Position numbers and translations under genes: made by a program
In this document: positions 38,721 to 51,921 of the stretch, in pieces
How the letters are laid out: every line of letters begins with the position of its first letter
Position numbering within the stretch: the stretch's first letter is position 1
Assembly: GCA_964188305.1 (NCBI GenBank)
Contig: OZ076886.1
DNA length: 64,000 bases
Origin: Podarcis bocagei
Taxonomy: Eukaryota
Reading direction: 5' to 3' (one strand)
Notes under the pieces: model-generated
Database searches by the model: none
The model's input: only the letters and a program-made list of their open reading frames with translations
What the model was told of the DNA's origin: nothing

Positions 38721-39689
38721 ATTATGGCAGATGTTAAGGTTTTATCATTGGTTAAAGGGCTCACTGAAGATTGGCTTGTTTTATGTGCTGGAAATTAAAG
38801 CTGCATCACACACACACACATATGCATTTATATATCTTTATATATATATTAAGTATGTGTGTGAGAGAGAAAGAGACAGGTGCAGGTTTGATTTCCAGCA
38901 CATATAGATGCAGAGTGTTTATTCGAATAGGTCGCTTAAATATATATATATAGGCGACCACGTATTCGAAGAAGAACTCTGCATCGAAGTTAAGAGAGAG
39001 GTTGGCCCTAGTTTAAGTCGTGAGACTGGTAGAAAATGCTTTTTTAAATGCTTTTTTAAAGAATGGTTTTCATTTCAGGCCACCCCACAGGAACATGTTG
39101 TACGTTTCGCCTTCCATGACAGTTCATGTTTCTCCTCCTTCGTTCGGCCTCTGCTCGAGGCAATGAGGAAGTTTAAACTGCAAGGATCTTGAGAATACCT
39201 CGATAAAAGCCATTTTGCTGGAAATACTAAGCTTCCTCTCCTGCGGGGACTTCGGGGAGAGTGGAGAAAGGGTGAAGAAGAAAAGACTCGTTGCGGGGAG
39301 AGACTGTCGATCCCTTCCAGGTGCCAATTTTTACTGCAAGAAGGTGCAAACCAAATGAGACAGAAAGGATTTGCCTAAGCACCAGCGAGCGCTCTGTGAA
39401 CTCACAGAACAGGCCAGACCCAATTATGTCCTGATAGATGTTGCATCAACAGAAAACCAAAGGGCACCTCCTTTGCTGTGTGGGTGTGTTTGGTCCCACT
39501 TGGTGATAGTCGTACTTTTCAGCTAACCAAACATTCCCTTATGGACCGACCTCTCATGCCCCCCGCATGTATCTATTACCGCAACAGGAAAAGGCACATG
39601 TTTGGCACATACGTACCAAAGACGGAAATCGCCGTTGGCAGCTTAACAATTTACTTATGAATCCTATCCAGGGTTAACGCCTCTCTGTG

Positions 39690-40560
39690 CTGTCGCTGAA
39701 CAGACGGCTTGAAACTTGCGAGGGCCAGGGTTCCTTTAAATGCCAGCACGCCTTTGTCGGTGCGTTAGGGTGATGAAAGATTAGCCATGGCGACGGGCGG
39801 CATGACTTTCAAACTTATACGTGGCTCTTGCCAACCGCAGGGCCGAGCTGCGCCCTCCTCGCCGGATCTGGCAGAAAACCGAGGCTGCTTCTGGCCCGGA
39901 GCGCATCTGCAGCGCCGGCAACCCCGGATGCAAGCAGGAAGGCGGCGGGGCTGGGATCCGCAAAAGGGAGCCGGGAGAGAGCGCCCACCACTACGCTGGG
40001 GTTGCAAGATGGGGAGGGGGGAGGCAGCCTGAAGGTGGCATGAAGAGGAGACGAGGGCCGTCTGTTTGGGGGTACAAGCCTTGCCTCTGCTCCTCTCCTC
40101 CCCTCGGAGGAGTTGGAGGGCAATGCTACCTTGTCGTTAGGAGAGCTAGCGGGAGAAACCCTGCTTCTGACCCGAAAGAAAGGAGGAAGCAGGAACGGCA
40201 GCATGAAAGTGGAAAGGAGGGGGGAGGGGGAGGGAAGAGACCCTTGAAAGGGCAGCTCGTGCCTTACCTACTGGCTCTTGCGAAAGAGACCAGTGTGACC
40301 GAGGAGGTGGCAGGGAAGCATGGCCTCCGTGGCAAGCCCCTCCAAGGGTTGCCGGGAGACACACCTGCTAGCCCAGAGAGAGGAGGAGCCGGCTCCTGGC
40401 AGCCCTCGGGGCAGGGAGTGAGGGACCGATCTCAGCCAAGGCACCATCTGCTCGGAAGAAGAGAGTAGGGACCCCTCCTAGTGCAGACAGCTAAGGTGCG
40501 GGAGGGGGAGGGGGGCTCACCAAGGGAAGCCATCGGGGGAATGTAAAGGGGGCAAAAACA
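39690..40560. promoter_or_regulatory. Second CpG island about 1.3-2.1 kb upstream of the main promoter
   Basis: GC/CpG-rich block separated from the first island by a lower-GC spacer. X-box-like GTCGCCATGGCTAA and TACGTGGC at its edge. Confidence 0.7.
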
Positions 40561-41057
40561 CATTTGACTAAGGCATCGCTAGCCAGAGCTTCTGTTGAGT
40601 GAGGTGCATGGATGGCTCCCCCTCTCCCGATCACAAGGACGAAGTATGTCGTTGTCACTCAAGGGAGGTTGAGTGCAAAGAAATGTGACTTTACACGCTA
40701 CCTCTGAATGCATGGACAGTAATCCTAGCCTTAAGAGAAATTAGAAACGTCTTCAATGATGAGCATTTAGTAGGCCACAAGGAAGTTGCCACCCCTGGGT
40801 GTAGTGAAGGGTGGGCAAGGTGGGCAGCGCCCCCCCATAAAGTAAATAAATTAAAATGCTTAACTAACTGACCAAACACATCAAAGATAGCTCAGTTCTG
40901 CCCCCAAAACATTGATCCTCCCTCCCCCCATAAATCCTGGCTATGCTATGCCAGTGCTGTCACCCTGTTTATAATGACAAAAATAAAAACATTGAGAGCA
41001 GGGATCTCCTCTTTGCACTGCATAAACAAAGTGGAGCATTTAAGGTTGCAGTTCTAA

Positions 41058-41240
41058 GGGCAGCAGGGACTTTAAGTGGTATAATTTATGTTTTGCATGC
41101 TGTAGGTTCCAAGTTCAATCTCTTATCTCCAAAGGACCAAACAGCCAATGATGGTCCAGAGTTCTGCCTGCAATCGTACCTACAAAGCTAATACTTGCCA
41201 ATACTGGGCCAAATAGTCTGACCTACAGCTTCCTATGCTG
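41058..41240 (+). mobile_element. Degraded tRNA-derived SINE
   Basis: ttttgcatgctgtaggttccaagttcaatc...caatactgggcc...gtctgacc...gcttcctatg. Confidence 0.55.
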
Positions 41241-44200
41241 TTATTTGTATGTAAGCTGCACTGAATAAGTAGAGCAGTGGATTTCCCCCCCCCCCCATAT
41301 AAATTGCAAATTTAAACGTGTATATGCAAAAGATAAAATTAAACACATGATCTTCAAGCAATTCTGAAAAAGTCTTCCATTTTTGGAGATTCAAAAACCG
41401 AATATTCTGGTACCAAATTTATTCATCTCACTGCATTTTATGACCTGGTATTTTTCGCCCAGAAATAATTCCCATATTCAAAAAGTGGCAATACATTCAG
41501 ATTTATTTAAATAACAGTTCTTACATAAAGGAACAAGACTTGCACACAAAAATTAACAAATATACAATGGAGTTTTCATCCTCTTGTTGCAGCAGAAAGC
41601 CGAGTTCCAAGCAGTATGTTGTGTAGGAGTTTTGTGTAAGAAAGTAATTCTCATATGTTCTGGTTTCTAAAAATGGTAAAACCAGACTGCAGCACACTCT
41701 TGCTTTTCCTACAACAAGGATCCTTTGACCTCATCGAGATTTACTTTCAAGAAAACATTTGCTGGTTTAGGCTGTACATTGTTGCCATCAATGGCAGGAC
41801 CTGCCCGCTGTTGTCCAGCAAAAGCAACTCTAAAGGTTCTTTAAAAGCATCAGATAAAAGTAAATATAAGGCATCATACTGATCATTCATAGCATTCCAC
41901 ATCTATAGCATGTTTTACAAGCAGCCATTTTGCACTAGCAGTAGCACTTGCTTACCCTAAAATCCTTGACCTGCTCCTGCACCCCCCCCCTGCTTCACCA
42001 ACAATATGCAATTTATTACTGTTCAGTTTTCAAAGGTTCTCACCTGACTTGGTACAGGGTGCTTCTAGATGACCCGTTTGTTGAGCATTCAGCTTGATTT
42101 GTTTGTGGAAAGATTAGGTGACATTGGCTATTTGATGAGCATTCATTCTGATTTGCTCGCAGTGATGTCCAAGCAGATGTAATCCCACATCCAGTGCATT
42201 TTCCCATCACTTTCCTTATTGCAAAAAGTCCAGTCTTTTGAGGAAGAGGATTTACTGCACACTACTATATTAGTGCAACCTGAATTTGCTGGTATGTGAT
42301 TGAATCCCACCCGAAAATAATTGACAAACTGGAAGTGCCCTTACTAAATACCACCGCATAGGTAGTAAATCATATTTTGATTTGGCTTTTACATCTCTTT
42401 TTCACCGTATTTTCAGAAGATAAGTCACAAGTGACAGCAGGGAAGTGCAATATTGGATGGGTGTGAATCTCAGTGTGTGTTTAGTCTCCCCAAGGCCACC
42501 TGTATCTCCTACAATTCTCCATCTTCCTTCACATGCCAATCCAAATGGAAAGTTCACAACTCCTTTGCTCATTTCATAACTTCCGTTACACCATCTTAGC
42601 CACTGCTTTTTTAAAAAAACCACCTTGCATTCTTATGCATTTTTGTCATTTTGATTACTTTGACTGATCTATCACTATGGCTAAAGTGTCTGAGGCTGAA
42701 CTCAGTGGCCCTTACTTCTAGGCACTTGTAGGATTGAACTGCAGATTTGGTGAAGCGAGATCACTGAACCTTTTGCTAAAATTGATTAAACTGTGGTAAA
42801 CTCTTAGAGAAAAAGATACAACAACTGCTCTCTGGAAATCTGATGCATGGGGTACTGCATTTGCTGCCTGCTATTGGAATGCCTGCTCACCTCCACTTAT
42901 ACTGTGCTTGTGCATCTACTGTATAAACAAGGCAGATATTACAATTGTGCCATAAGTTTCCAATGGAAGCTAAACCTTGTAGCATTGCCCCTGGAACCAC
43001 TCATCATTTGGGGAAGAATATAGCAGCAGTACTGTGCAAATCCCCAGATATTGTAACTAGACTAAATTTAGTAACACAAAACACGGGCATTTGGATTTTC
43101 TGCTTTCAGATTCGATTGTTGATGTGTTCGTGTGCTTAGTGCAGAAATCAGTAGCCCTTGAATACTAGGAGGAGAAGCTGTTTGCATGACAACTGCAAAA
43201 GGGGGAAAAAATCCACAACCACAACCAATAATCCTTAAAGCCTTTTCTCAGCCCATCCCAAAGAGCTTGCAAGTGTAGATGCATATTGCAATATGCCAGG
43301 AAGATTAGTAAACCAGAGTTCTATTATGCAAAGTGACTTTGCAAAGCTGGAGCAAACCTTTGTACCTTGACACTGTGCCAGATGCATCTTTATCCCCCAT
43401 GACGTACTACCCTGTTCCACTTCTCGTCATTCCTATCTGCTCCAGCCCACTTCAACTTCCCTTCTTTTATTCTCTGTTCCCACCAACACCTGTATACATA
43501 TCACAAAATCCCTCAAACTATTCCACAAATATTCTGTAAAAATTCTGTTAGTAAAATCACACAAATAAAGTGTGCATGTAGATGTTCATGCATTCCTTGC
43601 ACACAAACCCCATTTTCTTGCCAGGAATGCTAGAGCCAATTCTTGAATGTTTATTCAAACCAGACATTCCATGTTTCTTAAAGCACGGCAGTGAAAAAGA
43701 TGGATCATGTACCTGGGGAAATGCAGTGTCCGCTATGAATATTCAGTACAGTAATTCAATATTCATTTAACAGTGTTAACATCTTTTCTGTATTTGTATT
43801 TTCTCCCCTCTGATGTAAACCTCCAAGCAAAACTTTGAGTGCCGTTTTTATACATGACAAATTTCATACATAGCTATTGGTTTCTTGTAGGAAATTGTGC
43901 ACATGCTCCATGTTCACTGTTGCAGCCGTGTTCATCCAGTGTTCACTAGATGTATCTTTCTCCCCTGAAAATCACTTCTTGACCAAGTGGTTTCATTCCG
44001 AAAATAAAAGCTCATTGCCGATTGATTCTGCATTGCTCCACATGTCTCTGTTTGAAAACAGATGTAGGCGTTATTGAGAATGGGGAGTGGATGTATCCAC
44101 ACCTGTCCAATGAAGTTGTGTGTGGACACAAGGCAGTAACAGAGAGAAAGGGCTAAAGAGAACTTTGGAGCTGAGATAGATCTTTACAGTTTTCCACCTT

Positions 44201-47200
44201 GTTCTCCAAGGTGAATGGGAAGAATGCCAATAAGGGTCCATTTATCAATTTCTGCTGAAATCTCTATGGTTGAGATTGTTGCAAAACCTGACCAGGTAGC
44301 ACGAAATATGAAAGACCTCCATCTAAGACCACGAAGAGCCATGGCTTGTTAACATAGTGAAACTAGGTTAGATGGAGCAATTTTCTGTCTTAGTATAAGG
44401 CTGCTCCCTCTGCTCCTGGGTCAAGTTTGGGACTGGTTTCAGCCACCCGAGTTCCTCTTTCCTGCCAGAATGCTGCCTTAGAACTCTCAGGTTCATATAA
44501 TATATAACTAAATTCTTATATGGGATTCACTTCTACGTAGGAAATGCTATAACCATCCCTTGCCGTTAACAAATGCACATAGTTCACTCTGTGTACATGC
44601 TGTGGTCACCTCCCACATATCAGGATATCTTCACAGGAAGACATTTCAGGACTGTGTCTACACTTACCTGTTTGCAGTGCAAAAATGCCCAGTGAAGTTG
44701 CCTCGCGACTGGGCCTAGCATGCTATTGGCAGGTTTTCTTAAAGTAAAATCCTTTTTCGGTTCTCTTTGGAATGTTGCACAACAGCAGGTTTTGTCAGAA
44801 TCCTGTTTTATGCTGCACCAACTACCTTCCTTACTTAAGTTACATAGCACACTCCATTCAATGTATTTCCCCAGAAAAATGTTCAGCACCTTAACCCCCT
44901 GACCTGACAAACTAGACTTGGGCTCAGGAGCTAGGACACATGGCTACTGCCAGGTGCCACCTGGTGTCAATGCAAGACAAGGGTTTTTCCTTGCAAACAC
45001 AGCCATGACTATGTTGCTTCAGAAGGTTGAAAACAAAATAAATTATAAAGTATGTCCTCAAAAACTACCTTGCAAATATATTTGCTACCTAGGCCTTTCT
45101 CAGACCTCTGTTACAATATCCATGACTGCTAGTGTTCTGTTAACAGACATTCCACTTCCATCATAAACTTCTAATATCATCTCCCTTCAAGATGGAGACT
45201 CTTTGAATAAAGATGGTCTCTCAAAAGGCGCCTTTCCTTTCAAGCCAGGGGGAAGGCGACTTGAGTTACCTTTGTGGATTACAACTGTCAGAGTATCATC
45301 TGGCTTGAGGAAAGCCGAGCCCTTGGCCTTGTCAGTCAGCATAGTGCAGATAAAACAACCACATGACTTCTCAATTGCTGATAGTGGCCACATATGCTTC
45401 TTTAACTGTGTTTTGTTTTGCTGATTTTATCATTTTATTTGTTTTAAAATACAGCCTCCTATTCTACAAATATGAAAGGATCCAATCTTCTTAGCCTAGA
45501 AATAAAGGAGTGCCATATTGGAGTGGGGGCATCTGTTTGGATAAACTAAGCATCCATTTCTTTTTTGACCAAATCAGTTTTCTATAGTTGAAGTTTCCAA
45601 TGTTTGAAGTAGTCGTTATGTGGTGGCTGAAACTCTGTAGCCATTTTTTGGGTGGTCAAGTGCAGCTTGGGCTGGGAGGCCACTATGTTCATCTTTCATA
45701 TTTCTGAGTGACATCTCTAATATGCCACGTATGACAAGTAGTCTTTGTGTACAGTGGTAGAAAGGACATCTGACAGAAGAAAAGACTCAGCATCATTCAC
45801 TTTCTCCTCCCTCAGCTATCTCTGATTGAGTTATCTCCAGGCAACCAAGCAGTAGCTAATATAGAATAGACCAAATTTAAGGAAAATCTTTTGTTTCCAA
45901 ATTGCATATTTTCCAGTGCAGTCCTATGCATGTTTTACTTGCTGGTTGGTGGGGGCCATCCCATTTTGTTCATGGTGATCTACCTCCTAGCTAAGTGTCT
46001 GTGGGTGTTTATGAATGGGTGTGTAGGATTGCCGCCTTAGACCACAGCAACGCTATAAGTGATCTCTCTTAAACACTCACAGCCTTTTGTCTGAGGCAAA
46101 CTGGAATTGCAGATCTGGATTCCTGTGTTATGTTGTGTCTCTGATCATCCACTGCAACAGCAAAGACTTGTTCTATAAGCTCAGTAAACCATTTAAATTC
46201 TGCATAGGGCACATTATATGTGCTAATAGCATCATTTAATAAAGCCATCTTTGCTATTTTTCTATGATTGCATTAAGGTACTATGTATTTATATACCCTC
46301 ATATGTTAAACAAGCGTTTAATAGAATTCACTGCCTTGCAGCCTTCAGCCTCTTTCTCTCCCTTCCTCCCTCCCTCCCCCCTCTCTCTTTTAAAGACATC
46401 AGTGCCCAAAGAACTATTTCAGATGTAGTAATTATGTAATATTAATGAATGGTATCACATGCAGTTGTATTTGCCCGTTCTTTAATGTAGTGGAAGAGAT
46501 TCATTGTATGTAATGTGCTTCTTGAGAATGGCCTGACGCGGCAAAAATGCCCCAAGTTTAACAGCTCATGTAATATATAACAAATGCATAAATAATTTAG
46601 ACCCAGAAATAGGTAGCATTTTAAGAGTGGTGGTACTCACATCGATGTACATAAAGTCTGGCAATTAATTCCACGGAAGCCTCCCATCTCAATCAGCCTT
46701 AGCAAATATATCTGGGATAAAACTACAGAATACTGTTTTGATCTTATGTACCAGTGATGTCCAGCAGTGTATGTCTACTCACAGAGGTAAGCTGTGTTGA
46801 GTTGAATGGCACTTACTCCCAAATAAGCGGATATAAGCTTGCAGCTAAGTGTGTGGTGGGAGGGTATAACTTTCTGCAGATACAAAGCAAATGAAACAGC
46901 AAACTAAAATAGTGTTGCATTAGGTTTTTTCACCCCAATGTAACATAGGCATGAAGGTTTTGTGAATTGCATATACATTACGGCCTGTTTATCTCGATGT
47001 TTTACAACAAAGCCTTTAAAGAGTCTCTAATGTCAGATTTCAACGCTGGAGCTTTCAGAGGCTACATGCCTGAAAATCCTAGATTCTCTCTTGATCATAC
47101 TGAGGCAGCTTCTCTGATGAAGATGGATAATTGCTTGATGGGACTGGTAGTCTCTAGGCTGTATTCTCTGTATTAACAACCAGAGCATCTGCAGTCTGCT

Positions 47201-49056
47201 GTGTTTTATGCAGATCAGGTGCAGATTTTTCAGCTCCTGGCACATTTCCATTGCAGCTTTTGAATCCATAGAATTCACACCCCACTCTAAAATGTGTATA
47301 ATCACACATTTTGCCATACATTGCAAAATGCCAGAGGGTTCAGGAGCCTTTGGGTACAAAGCCATATTGAACTGTGCCCTATTGGCATATAACGGCACAT
47401 AATACCCGGTAAGTAGCAATTCTTAAATGCACTTTGGAGCAGCAAAATGAAAATCTTAGGCTTAAGATTCTGGATCTTCTGGCTTGCAGGGTTTATTTCA
47501 GGCAACAAAGGCCGGCTTGTGGAAGAGAGTGGTTGCATGTTTAATATTCCACTTTTCCCTTCATTGGGGAGAAAAAGAATCTGGGGTGTCTGCTGGGATG
47601 GTAGAAAGAGCACATGCTTAGTAGTTTTCTCCCCCCATGTTAGGGAACCAGGTCTGTCTCATTACTGGTGACAGCACATATTGGTAGGTCATAGAGCAAG
47701 GGGACAGCCCTGCACAGAACAGCTGGGGCCCAGAGCCAGCAATCTCATTAAAGTAAGCTGCTGCTATATCCAGCCTGTAATAGAGCTTTGCAGCTTGATT
47801 ATATTCAGTGAAAGCAGGTCATTACAAACACAGTGCTTTTTGCATATTATCTAAATTGAAATAATAATATGTTCTCTCCTTTCATGTGCTATATTGATAA
47901 ATCCCAACTTATGAATGAAACATGTTGATTAGTTAGTTAAAAGGAATTAGTTCTGCATTACGCTTCCAAGTTTAAGGCTTGATTAGTGCAAACAAATAAC
48001 TTTTTCTTGATAATAAGCCATTTGCCGATTATTCTTTTAAATGGAACACACCAGCCTCAAAATGATCTAGAGAGACAAGTGAGAGCGTCATGGGATTCCC
48101 CTTCCCCACATGCCTCTTTACTGTTGGAGCTTAAATTCGATGTTACTTTTAGAACCTGGTAAAATGAAGCAGATCTACATAGTGCCAGGTCCTCTTCCTT
48201 TTATACGGTAATATAAACATAGCAGAAATACACGAACGGCAGTATGCTTGGAAACAGAATAAGACAGGGAGAAAATGTAATATCAATGTAGCAAAGAGAA
48301 AGGAATGTGCCCATCAAATACAGTACTGGTAGCTGGTTGACAATAGATCTTTCTATTACTGCTTCCTCCTTATTTAGCAAATAAACCATCAGGTTTGTGG
48401 CCTGGTCCTAGGACCTGCTATGCCAGTTTATGCACATTTAGAATTGGGCGTGACTAGCTGTAGCACAACAGCATATAACTATTGCAAGAATGTTGTGTAA
48501 GCCATTTGTGTAGATGTGCCAGCACATAGCACAGGTTTCAGAAGAAAGGAAGAAATCATAGCTTCAGCAGCTTTTCTAGATATGAGTAAACTCTTTCATA
48601 CCTGCATAATCAACCCCCAGTTTGATTGCTGCAAGAAACCTTACACCCAGTTGTACCTTTTGAAGTACCTATTTAACCACTAGGATTTCAGCTCTGCTGG
48701 ATGGCAGATTTAATGCAACCACCTCAGAAACCCTTAAGTACCAGTTGCAAAACAACACCAGTAGTAATTCAAAGAAGTAAAGGCAGCATACTTCCTAGTG
48801 GAGGGGGGAAGGGGGGACATTAACAACACTGGAAGTGTTTCCTTGACCTCTTGTAATAGTCAGTGGCATGTGGTTGCATATATGTGAGATCATCTTCTGA
48901 GTCTGCTTAATGTAGGTGTAATGCAGATGTCCACCCCTTCATCTGACACTGCATTTTTTTCAGGGCCTCTCATAATAAATGAATGGATTTAGGACATTTG
49001 CTTAACTCGCAGCAAAACACTGGGAATTAAGCATGTGCTTAAACTTTAGAAACAGA

Positions 49057-49300
49057 GCAATCCTAGCCATATCTATTCAGAAGTAAGGCCTACTGAATCC
49101 AAAGGGGCTTACTCCCAGAGAACCATGGTTAGAATTGTTACCTAAATGTATGAAATAATGGGCTTAAGGTTATATTTTCTTGCAGTATGATCCTAATCAG
49201 GTTTACTTCATCACCAAGTTCAGTGGGCCATATGCTGCAATCCTGAACATGCTTACTGAAGAGTGGAGCTTACACCCAAGTAAACATGCATAGGAATTCA
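49057..49300. repeat. Cluster of short palindromic MITE-like repeats
   Basis: Units of gcaatcct...(t)actcagaagtaag...ggggcttactccca...aggattgca. Related copies near 31370, 42700, 45920, 46770 and 56070. Confidence 0.55.
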
Positions 49301-49979
49301 GCATTAATTGGTTGTTCAAATATGTCTCTGTGTGTTTTCCCCCCAGAGTGAAAGTTGTGCCTGGCTAAACGTGAAACCAGGCATTAAAATAGTAATTCTA
49401 GGCCTGGTAAACAGACAAAAATTGCTGATAATAAGTACATTATTGACAGCAGGTAAGTTGGTCAAACTGGAAGACTGCTGAAGTGTCTGTGATAAGAAAA
49501 TAAACTTGGAAATGACTGCAATTCTGTCTTGTCCATGTCTTCTGAAGCTGCTGACTGATCACAAGTCTATCACAGGGGTTGTAGATCCTGTGTGCCAACT
49601 GGTAGATGGAGGTTCTTGGTATCTAGAATGGTATATGTTGTCTGAATGGGCACAAGATGTGAGAAGCAAAGGATTGGAGGAGTGAGACAATGCCCTTCTA
49701 GATCAGGCTTGGTTACTGTCTTGCATCACAGGACGAAGACAGCAGAGGCATCCTATCTAAGGCTGACAGTCTCAAGGAAGCTCCACCGGGATAACAGAAG
49801 CAATTTAAGGCAGTGGGTGGCCAGCAATGTAGTGTGTCAATGAAGGACAGACCCTTTTGAGCTCTTAAATGTTTGGAGAAATGACTAGGCTTCCTTGGAC
49901 AGCAGCAAAACTAGGCTTTATTTTATCCGGGTCAAAGACCCAGTTTGGTAACCCCCATGCACATTTGCGTACACACACA

Positions 49980-50529
49980 CACATGGGCTGGGAGCCCTCT
50001 GGAGGCTTCACCTGGGGCAGAAAGCCTAGCTAGCCTCCCCCTGCCCCCCGCCACCCCAAGCTAGGACTCTGCCTTGGACACAGAAAAACAGGCACACACA
50101 GAATTTTCAGTAACAGAGTCTTTTTAAACAGTAGCATGATGTTGTAGTCTCGTTGCTAAGCCACAACCTGCAGAGTTCAGTGGAGTGGGAGGCCAGCCAA
50201 CCAGAAGTGTCTGGGGCAGAGTCAGCATCCAAAGTCAGATCCAGTCCTAGGGTCAGGCAAACAGTAATCCACATGGTTAGATGGTTCAGGGGTCAGGGAA
50301 TCCAATGAGCAATGGACAAGCAGGAAGGTCGGACCAGGAACTACATGTGCTGTTTCCAGCATCTGACTGCTGCTGGAAGTTCTGCCTAAGAAGGATGAAG
50401 CCAGTTTGTTCTCATCAGCGCCTTCTCCTCTGAGTCCTTGAAGGCTGAACAGCTGAAGGTGGAGTCAATCTGCCTTCTCCGCCTTCCAACTGCTGTTCAG
50501 CAGGTGAGGCCAACTCCTAACCCATGACA
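49980..50529. mobile_element. Possible solo LTR
   Basis: About 550 bp GC-richer block ending CCCATGACA and starting (ca)CATGGG, a degenerate TG...CA inverted terminus. No clear TSD. Confidence 0.35.
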
Positions 50530-51533
50530 CATAAGTGCAACTAAGCAGACACTTTGGCTTCAGGGGGCAGCTAAAGTTGTCTAAAGGGACCATACAGATG
50601 TGGTGGAACAGTGACATGAGTTATGAAGTATCATTTTAGGAATCAGGATTTGGTCCCTGTTCTCAGCAGCCCTTAATGACTGGGATCAGTTCTGGAGATA
50701 CTGTTGATTCATTGGGTGGTGAAGCGTGGTCCTAAGAGAACCTTTGATTCAGTATCAGAAATAACTGCATCATCATTCGCGAACTCTCAGGATATAAGAG
50801 GATGTGGCCAGATCTTCGACTCCTTAGATTATATTTTCCACCCCCTTCTTGGGACCTATAGAGTTAGATCAAGATGCTTAGTTCCAGTCTTCCCCCACAG
50901 GAGAAGGTGGGAAGGATACAAGCTGTTTATAATCTGGTTTGTTTCAGAAATGTCTGCATCTAATAATAACTACGGCAAATACTTGCCTGAACACCATGCT
51001 CAGTTTCCAGGGGCTGTATGCATAATTTCTGAAGTAAACAAAACACTTGTGTTTTCTACTTATTATTAGATGCAGACATTTTTGAAGCAAACTACAGTCC
51101 TTGCATTTGAAAGAAAGTCCTCGCATGTGAAAGAGAGTTTTAATATTCTTCCCACTGCACCACCATTTTCTTAGTTCTTTAACTATCCTAACTGCCCTCT
51201 CCAGTTTGCTTCCAGTGTCCAAAAGACGAGTAAGGAAATTATTGTTCAAATCAAGACAGGCAGATAAGGAATATAAAAATTCCATGGAATGGTATGAAGA
51301 GACACATGAGGCCCCTTCCTTGCTGAAGCTAAGTAGGTATGGATCTACTCAGTTCCTGGTTGTGTGCCTGCACACCACCTTGGTTTTAGATACTTTTGCC
51401 TGTAACATGGGTGCAATGCCTTTGGATTTAATGATAAGTCGTTCATTCACCTCCATTGTTTCATTCGTTTATTTAGGAACACAGGAAGCTGCCTTCCACT
51501 GGGCTAAATAATTTAGCTCAGTATTGTCTACAC

Positions 51534-51709
51534 CAGATATCTTCAACCTTTTCATACTCAGGACCTACTTTTATCCCCAACAGGCATTTGGGGACCCCTT
51601 TCTTCATCTTTTACCATATATTTGCAAAGTGGTGTGATCCTGTTGTGACCCAACTTGGATCATGCCACAATCTACTAGCTGGTCCCAACCCACCAGTTAA
51701 AGACCACTG
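51534..51709. mobile_element. hAT MITE inserted in a minus-strand SINE (51476-51820)
   Basis: Perfect 8-bp TSD GTCTACAC (51526-51533 and 51710-51717), imperfect TIR CAGATATCTTCAAC...GTTAAAGACCACTG. SINE sequence continues across the site. Confidence 0.8.
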
Positions 51710-51885
51710 GTCTACACTAAACTTGGCAGCAGCTGTCCAGGGTTTTAGAGAGAGGCGTTTCCTGGCCCCACTTGGGGCCTTTTTCTTGAAAATGCTCTCG
51801 TTTACCATTGAGTTATGCAGTGCTGGATTACCCAAGAGGCAGGCAAATGAAGGATGTGATTAGGCACCAGCAAAGCAATGGTACA

Positions 51886-51886
51886 G

Positions 51887-51921
<35 letters not shown>
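51886..51921. repeat. (CA)n(GA)n compound microsatellite
   Basis: Seen directly. Confidence 0.9.

Noticed and set aside
39765-40468. ORFs up to 215 aa as a divergent protein-coding gene
   Set aside because: No recognisable family, overlapping in many frames, and no downstream exons identified.
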